Origin: Gekko japonicus
Taxonomy: Eukaryota
Reading direction: 5' to 3'
Length of the DNA: 64,000 bases
Assembly: GCF_001447785.1 (NCBI RefSeq)
Contig: NW_015167630.1
Location: 82,560-146,559, forward strand
Shown: piece by piece, positions 60,061 through 64,000 of the stretch
Layout: each line of letters opens with the position of its first letter
Numbering within the stretch: the stretch's first letter is position 1
Position numbers and translations under genes: made by a program
The notes under the pieces: model-generated
Told to the model about the DNA's origin: nothing
The model's database searches: none
Seen by the model: only the letters and a program-made list of their open reading frames with translations

Positions 60061-60619
60061 AGATATAGACTCATTTCGTCCCAATCTTCCTCAGGAGTAA
60101 TCCTATAGTAATTAAGGTGTCAGCCTCTTGCTACCCAGTGTTTAATTTCTTCTTTACATTTTTCAAATAATCTTCTGGTTCCATGTTCAAGTGTTTATAA
60201 AGGAGCAAGCCAGTCTTGTCTTCTTTTATATAGGTGCAAAAGCCTCCTGCATTATGCTGGCTTAAGAGCTTTCCATGGACACTGTATATATTTGTGGTAG
60301 TAGCTCCCCAGCTAGAAGCCTTCAATTTTAAATTGGCTGGCAAAATTCTCTCCGTGGTATCCTGTCTCACTCCGTGGCTAGCCGGTTTCTCTGGAGGTCC
60401 GACAACAGGACACAGAGGCCAAGGCCTTCCTGTGAAGTTGCCTCCTGGCTTTGGGACTCAGAAGTTCAGTCACCATGCCTAGTAGCCACTGATAGACCTC
60501 TCCCCATGAATCTATCCAACCCCCTTGTAAAGATGTTTATTCCTGGCAGCAGATTCCACATTTTAATCGCCTTCTGGACTTTAAATGACATTCTAGCTGT
60601 GTCTCTAGCTGTATCCGAA

Positions 60620-60922
60620 GGAGGAGGAGGAGGAGGAGGAGGAGATTGGATTTATACCCCACCCTTCACTACCCAAAGGTGTCTCAGAGCAGCTTACAAA
60701 CTCCTTTCCCTTCCCCTCCCCACAACAGACAGCCTGTGAGGTAGGTGGGGCTGAGAGAGCTCTTGACAGAAACCACTCTTTCTGTTTAGAAGAAGTTCTG
60801 CTCTTATCAGAACTACGGCTTGCCCAAGGTCATCCAGCCAGGTGCAAGTGGAGGAGTGGGGAATCAAACCCGGTTCTCCCAGATTAGAGTCTGCGCACTT
60901 AACCACTACACCAAACTGGCTC
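60620..60922 (-). mobile_element. Squam3-like SINE, full length
   Basis: Reverse complement of the 37454 copy with a (GGA)n tail. Confidence 0.85.
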
Positions 60923-61818
60923 TGAAGTGAGCAGCCACCCACGAAAGCTTATACCCTGCCCCAAAATTTGTTAGTCCCTGCGGCTGCCTCTCTCTGCGTA
61001 CCAGGGGGGCAGCTTCATGCTTAACACAGAGAACTGCTTCCTTCCTGCCTAGTCAGACCCATGTACTCTGTAGAAAGCAGGGTTAAATTACATAACGTAC
61101 CAGGACACACGTCCCCCAAAAGAACTGGGATACGGTTGCTATGGAATGTGCTAGGCTGAACCGGGCTCTGCCCTTGAATTAGCGTCGTTTCTCGCATTTG
61201 CTTACCAAGGCATAATCTCCATTCAACTCGAGTTTTAATAGAACCCCAAGACACTTGTTATTGTGTAGGGACGTGACACCAAGGAAAAAGAATTCCGCTC
61301 TGCTCAGAGGTGGGTGTCGTAGGAGCAGCACAGGGGCAGCTTTATAGCTTTGCTGTCACTGACCACGTACAATGGAGAGGGATCTAACTGCCGGCGGAAC
61401 AAAGGGCTCCATTGTGACCAGCTGGCTGAAGAAGCTCTTCAGTCACTGTGACTCTCTTCGAGAAACTTTGGCTTACGAGAAAATATCGAGCAGAGACTTG
61501 GACGCGAAAACGCCTGCGTCAGAATGAATGATGGAGGGGGAAGAGCCGGGACGTGCTGACAGAGCAGCTCCTTTATTCAGTTGTATTGTTGCAAACACCT
61601 CCTGTGTTGGCCGCTTGAGTAGTTTACTGCCTTGTGCTTCAGAAGGAGTGTGATGCAGAAAAATAGGATCGAGAGCGTACTGGAGGGTCAGCCCTCGGAG
61701 CCAAGCTCCATCCAGTGGGCGGCAGCGGTCTCGGTGGACTTCACTTCTAGACAATCCCCACCCCATAGATTTCTTTTCACTGACATTACTTGTGTTGTTA
61801 GTGCAGCTTACCTAGGAT

Positions 61819-61982
61819 CAGGGCTTTTGGGGGGGCGGGGGGGTGCCCGAACTTTCAATGGGGAAATGAAGTTTTCTATAAGTATACTGAAAACTCATGA
61901 ACTTTTAAACATTTTTAAAATAATTTTGTCAAAGAGGTTCCAGAACTCTGTACTGGCGCATTCCCCCAGGAAAAAAGCCCTG
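61819..61982. mobile_element. hAT MITE
   Basis: TIRs cagggctttt / aaaagccctg; perfect 8-bp TSD cctaggat. Confidence 0.88.
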
Positions 61983-62059
61983 CCTAGGATAGTACTAACA
62001 GTTCATATGCATCTTTGGAATGGTTTGGAAATACATGTTGTGGGTGGGGAGGGGAGGTG

Positions 62060-62445
62060 GCATGGTATAGACTGATCTTGTCAGACCTAGGAAGCTCAGC
62101 AGAATCGGTACTTTCCTTTTTCACTTTCCTTTTATGATACGGTTCCTTGGCCTAATCCCACAAGGGGGGGGGGATCTCATTCCAGTCACAGTTTTTAAAT
62201 TTTACGCTGGGTTGCAAAAAGGTAGGATGCCAGTGACCTGGCAATAAATTGGTCCTTATCTTGTAGAATAATGGCTCTGATTGATATCTGTGAGCTCATT
62301 TTTCTCAAGGGGGTCAGTACTTGGAAGGGAGACCTCTAAGGAAGACTCTGAGGAAGGCTGAGGCAAACCACCTCTGCTCACTTGCCTTGAAAGCCCCTTG
62401 CTTGGGTTGTCAGACGTCAGCTGTGACTTGACGGCTCTTTACACA
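62060..62445 (+). mobile_element. 5S-derived SINE split by a ~200-bp insertion
   Basis: Head at 62060-62113 and remainder from about 62313; junction repeat tcggtactt / tcagtactt. Confidence 0.6.
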
Positions 62446-63051
62446 CGTATGTGCCTGGGGGTGGTGGTGGATTACTATCACTACAGTATGTATTTTGAAT
62501 AATGAGTAAGGTAAAGCCAATGAATATATGTATTTATTTATTTATTTATACATTCAGTTTATATACTGCTCTAACCCCGAAGGGTCTCTTGACAGATTTA
62601 CATACAGATTCCAAATTCCAATTTCCTATCTAAGGCCACATATTACACAAAGGAACGGGGCTGCCTATATGAAAGTTCTGCTCTCTGTAAAGGGATGTTC
62701 TATGTTTGCCCAGTGGATTAGGGTAGATAAGGCCAGACCAATTTGGGAATGAAGAATCTCTTCTGGTTGTCACTGTTGGAACTGCAGAGGGGCTGAGCAG
62801 TCAAGGGTACAACTTGCTTAGAAAATCGCAAGTTTGAAGTAAACACTTGAATCAGCTGGGGTGTTATTTATGTGTATTTATCATTTATAATGGTGATCGT
62901 TCATCTCTCTGCCAAAGTCAATCCAAGGCAAAGTCCAACATTAAAAAATCTACAGTATGCAAAGTAACATAATGATGTCTCTTAAGAGTGAATTACTTGG
63001 ATTATTCTGAATGGTTTGCAATTATCAGTTCCTCCTCTTGGTCAGTTTCAA

Positions 63052-63243
63052 AGGTAGCCATGTAGGTCTACAATAGAATAGTTAGATTCAGGGCCAGTAT
63101 ACCTTAGAGACCAACAAGACTTTACGTGTATAAGCTTTCAAGAGTCAATGTATCTGACAAAAGGATCTTTGATTCACAAAAGCTTGTACTCATAAAATCT
63201 TGTTGGTCTCTAAGCTGCTACCAGACTCAAATCTAGCTATTCC
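63052..63243. mobile_element. Penelope-like palindromic remnant
   Basis: Inverted arms cttagagaccaacaaga / tcttgttggtctctaag with a degenerate central ctgac...aaagctt core. Confidence 0.72.
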
Positions 63244-63329
63244 TGTTGGTGAGTGATTTAAGATTTGCTGTGCTCCTAATTCCGATGGCCCTCTTTTAAC
63301 TTCCACATTCACTTTTCACTGTCTTTCAG

Positions 63330-63485
63330 CATTACATGCAGCTGCCCTTTCTGGCCATGTCAGCACCGTGCAATTGCTGCTACAACACAGCGCTCAGGTA
63401 GATGCGACTGACGTCATGAAACACACTCCTCTTTTCCGTGCCTGCGAGATGGGGCATAAAGAAGTGATACAGACTCTCATTGAAG
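63330..63485 (+). CDS. INVS: Inversin coding exon 8 (ALHAAALSGHVSTVQLLLQHSAQVDATDVMKHTPLFRACEMGHKEVIQTLIE); gene continues beyond window
   Basis: tttcag| acceptor, G|gtcagc donor, 156 nt; cumulative CDS 1234 nt with no stops. Confidence 0.97.
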
Positions 63486-64000
63486 GTCAGCTGTGGCTAA
63501 TTCATAAGCTCCTTCACAGAAACATTGCTGTCTTCATCTGTGAAATGAACAGTAATGACAGACAAAAAGGGGGGGGGCAATCCTAGATCAGCACAGGGAG
63601 AGTGGTGGATTTGTCATGTATCCATATAGACCGCAAATAAGCAGGCAATGAAAGTTCTCACGAAAATTTTGACTAAAGCAAAACATGAAGGGAACTTTTG
63701 AGAGGTCTGGAATACTTCCCTAAGACTTTATAAACATTTTAAGCAAAGGTAAATTAATTGCAGAACACTTGTGATTTTCTGTATTTCTTACACACTTGCA
63801 GTAGAAAATTAGAGGCATTTTTGTTTTGCACTGGGGAACATTTCCCAAAAATGTATTTTATTTCTGTAAAGCGTTTGAAAGCATTCTTTCCACTCAACTT
63901 TGGGTCCCCCAAAATAGGAAACAACGAAAACAGTAAAATAAGATTAAAAACACACGAGTAAAAACAATTAAAACCAAAGTGCGGTGTAGTTGTTATAGTG

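Noticed and set aside
61020-61800. LTR-like segment (minus-strand TATA and ATTAAA); similar case at about 57850-58570
   Set aside because: No convincing TG...CA ends with a TSD could be identified.

Overview
Vertebrate genomic DNA, most likely a squamate and probably a gecko (inferred from the SINE and MITE families), from a draft assembly with five N-gaps. The only host protein-coding gene is INVS (inversin/NPHP2) on the + strand: eight coding exons (963-1068, 12143-12309, 38881-39054, 39931-40098, 42642-42822, 45526-45635, 59104-59275, 63330-63485) join in frame through GT-AG junctions to give 1234 nt encoding the N-terminal ankyrin repeats; the gene continues past the window. The introns are rich in transposons. 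Notable structures: (1) a full-length L1 (46410-55426, 15-bp TSD) with a ~1.55-kb repetitive inter-ORF spacer, whose ORF2 is interrupted by a second L1 and by a non-autonomous Helitron. The Helitron has two 3' termini separated by ~80 bp of apparently captured DNA, and removing it restores the ORF2 frame exactly. (2) A 5'-deleted DIRS1-type tyrosine-recombinase retroelement with RT, RNase H, methyltransferase-like and YR domains and a near-intact ICR/terminal-repeat pairing. (3) Penelope-like remnants carrying minimal hammerhead-ribozyme cores. (4) A templated-insertion repair scar and an unexplained ~100-nt hairpin in a TE-poor intronic block. I found no clearly new gene system. Family names for repeats come from recognition, not database searches.
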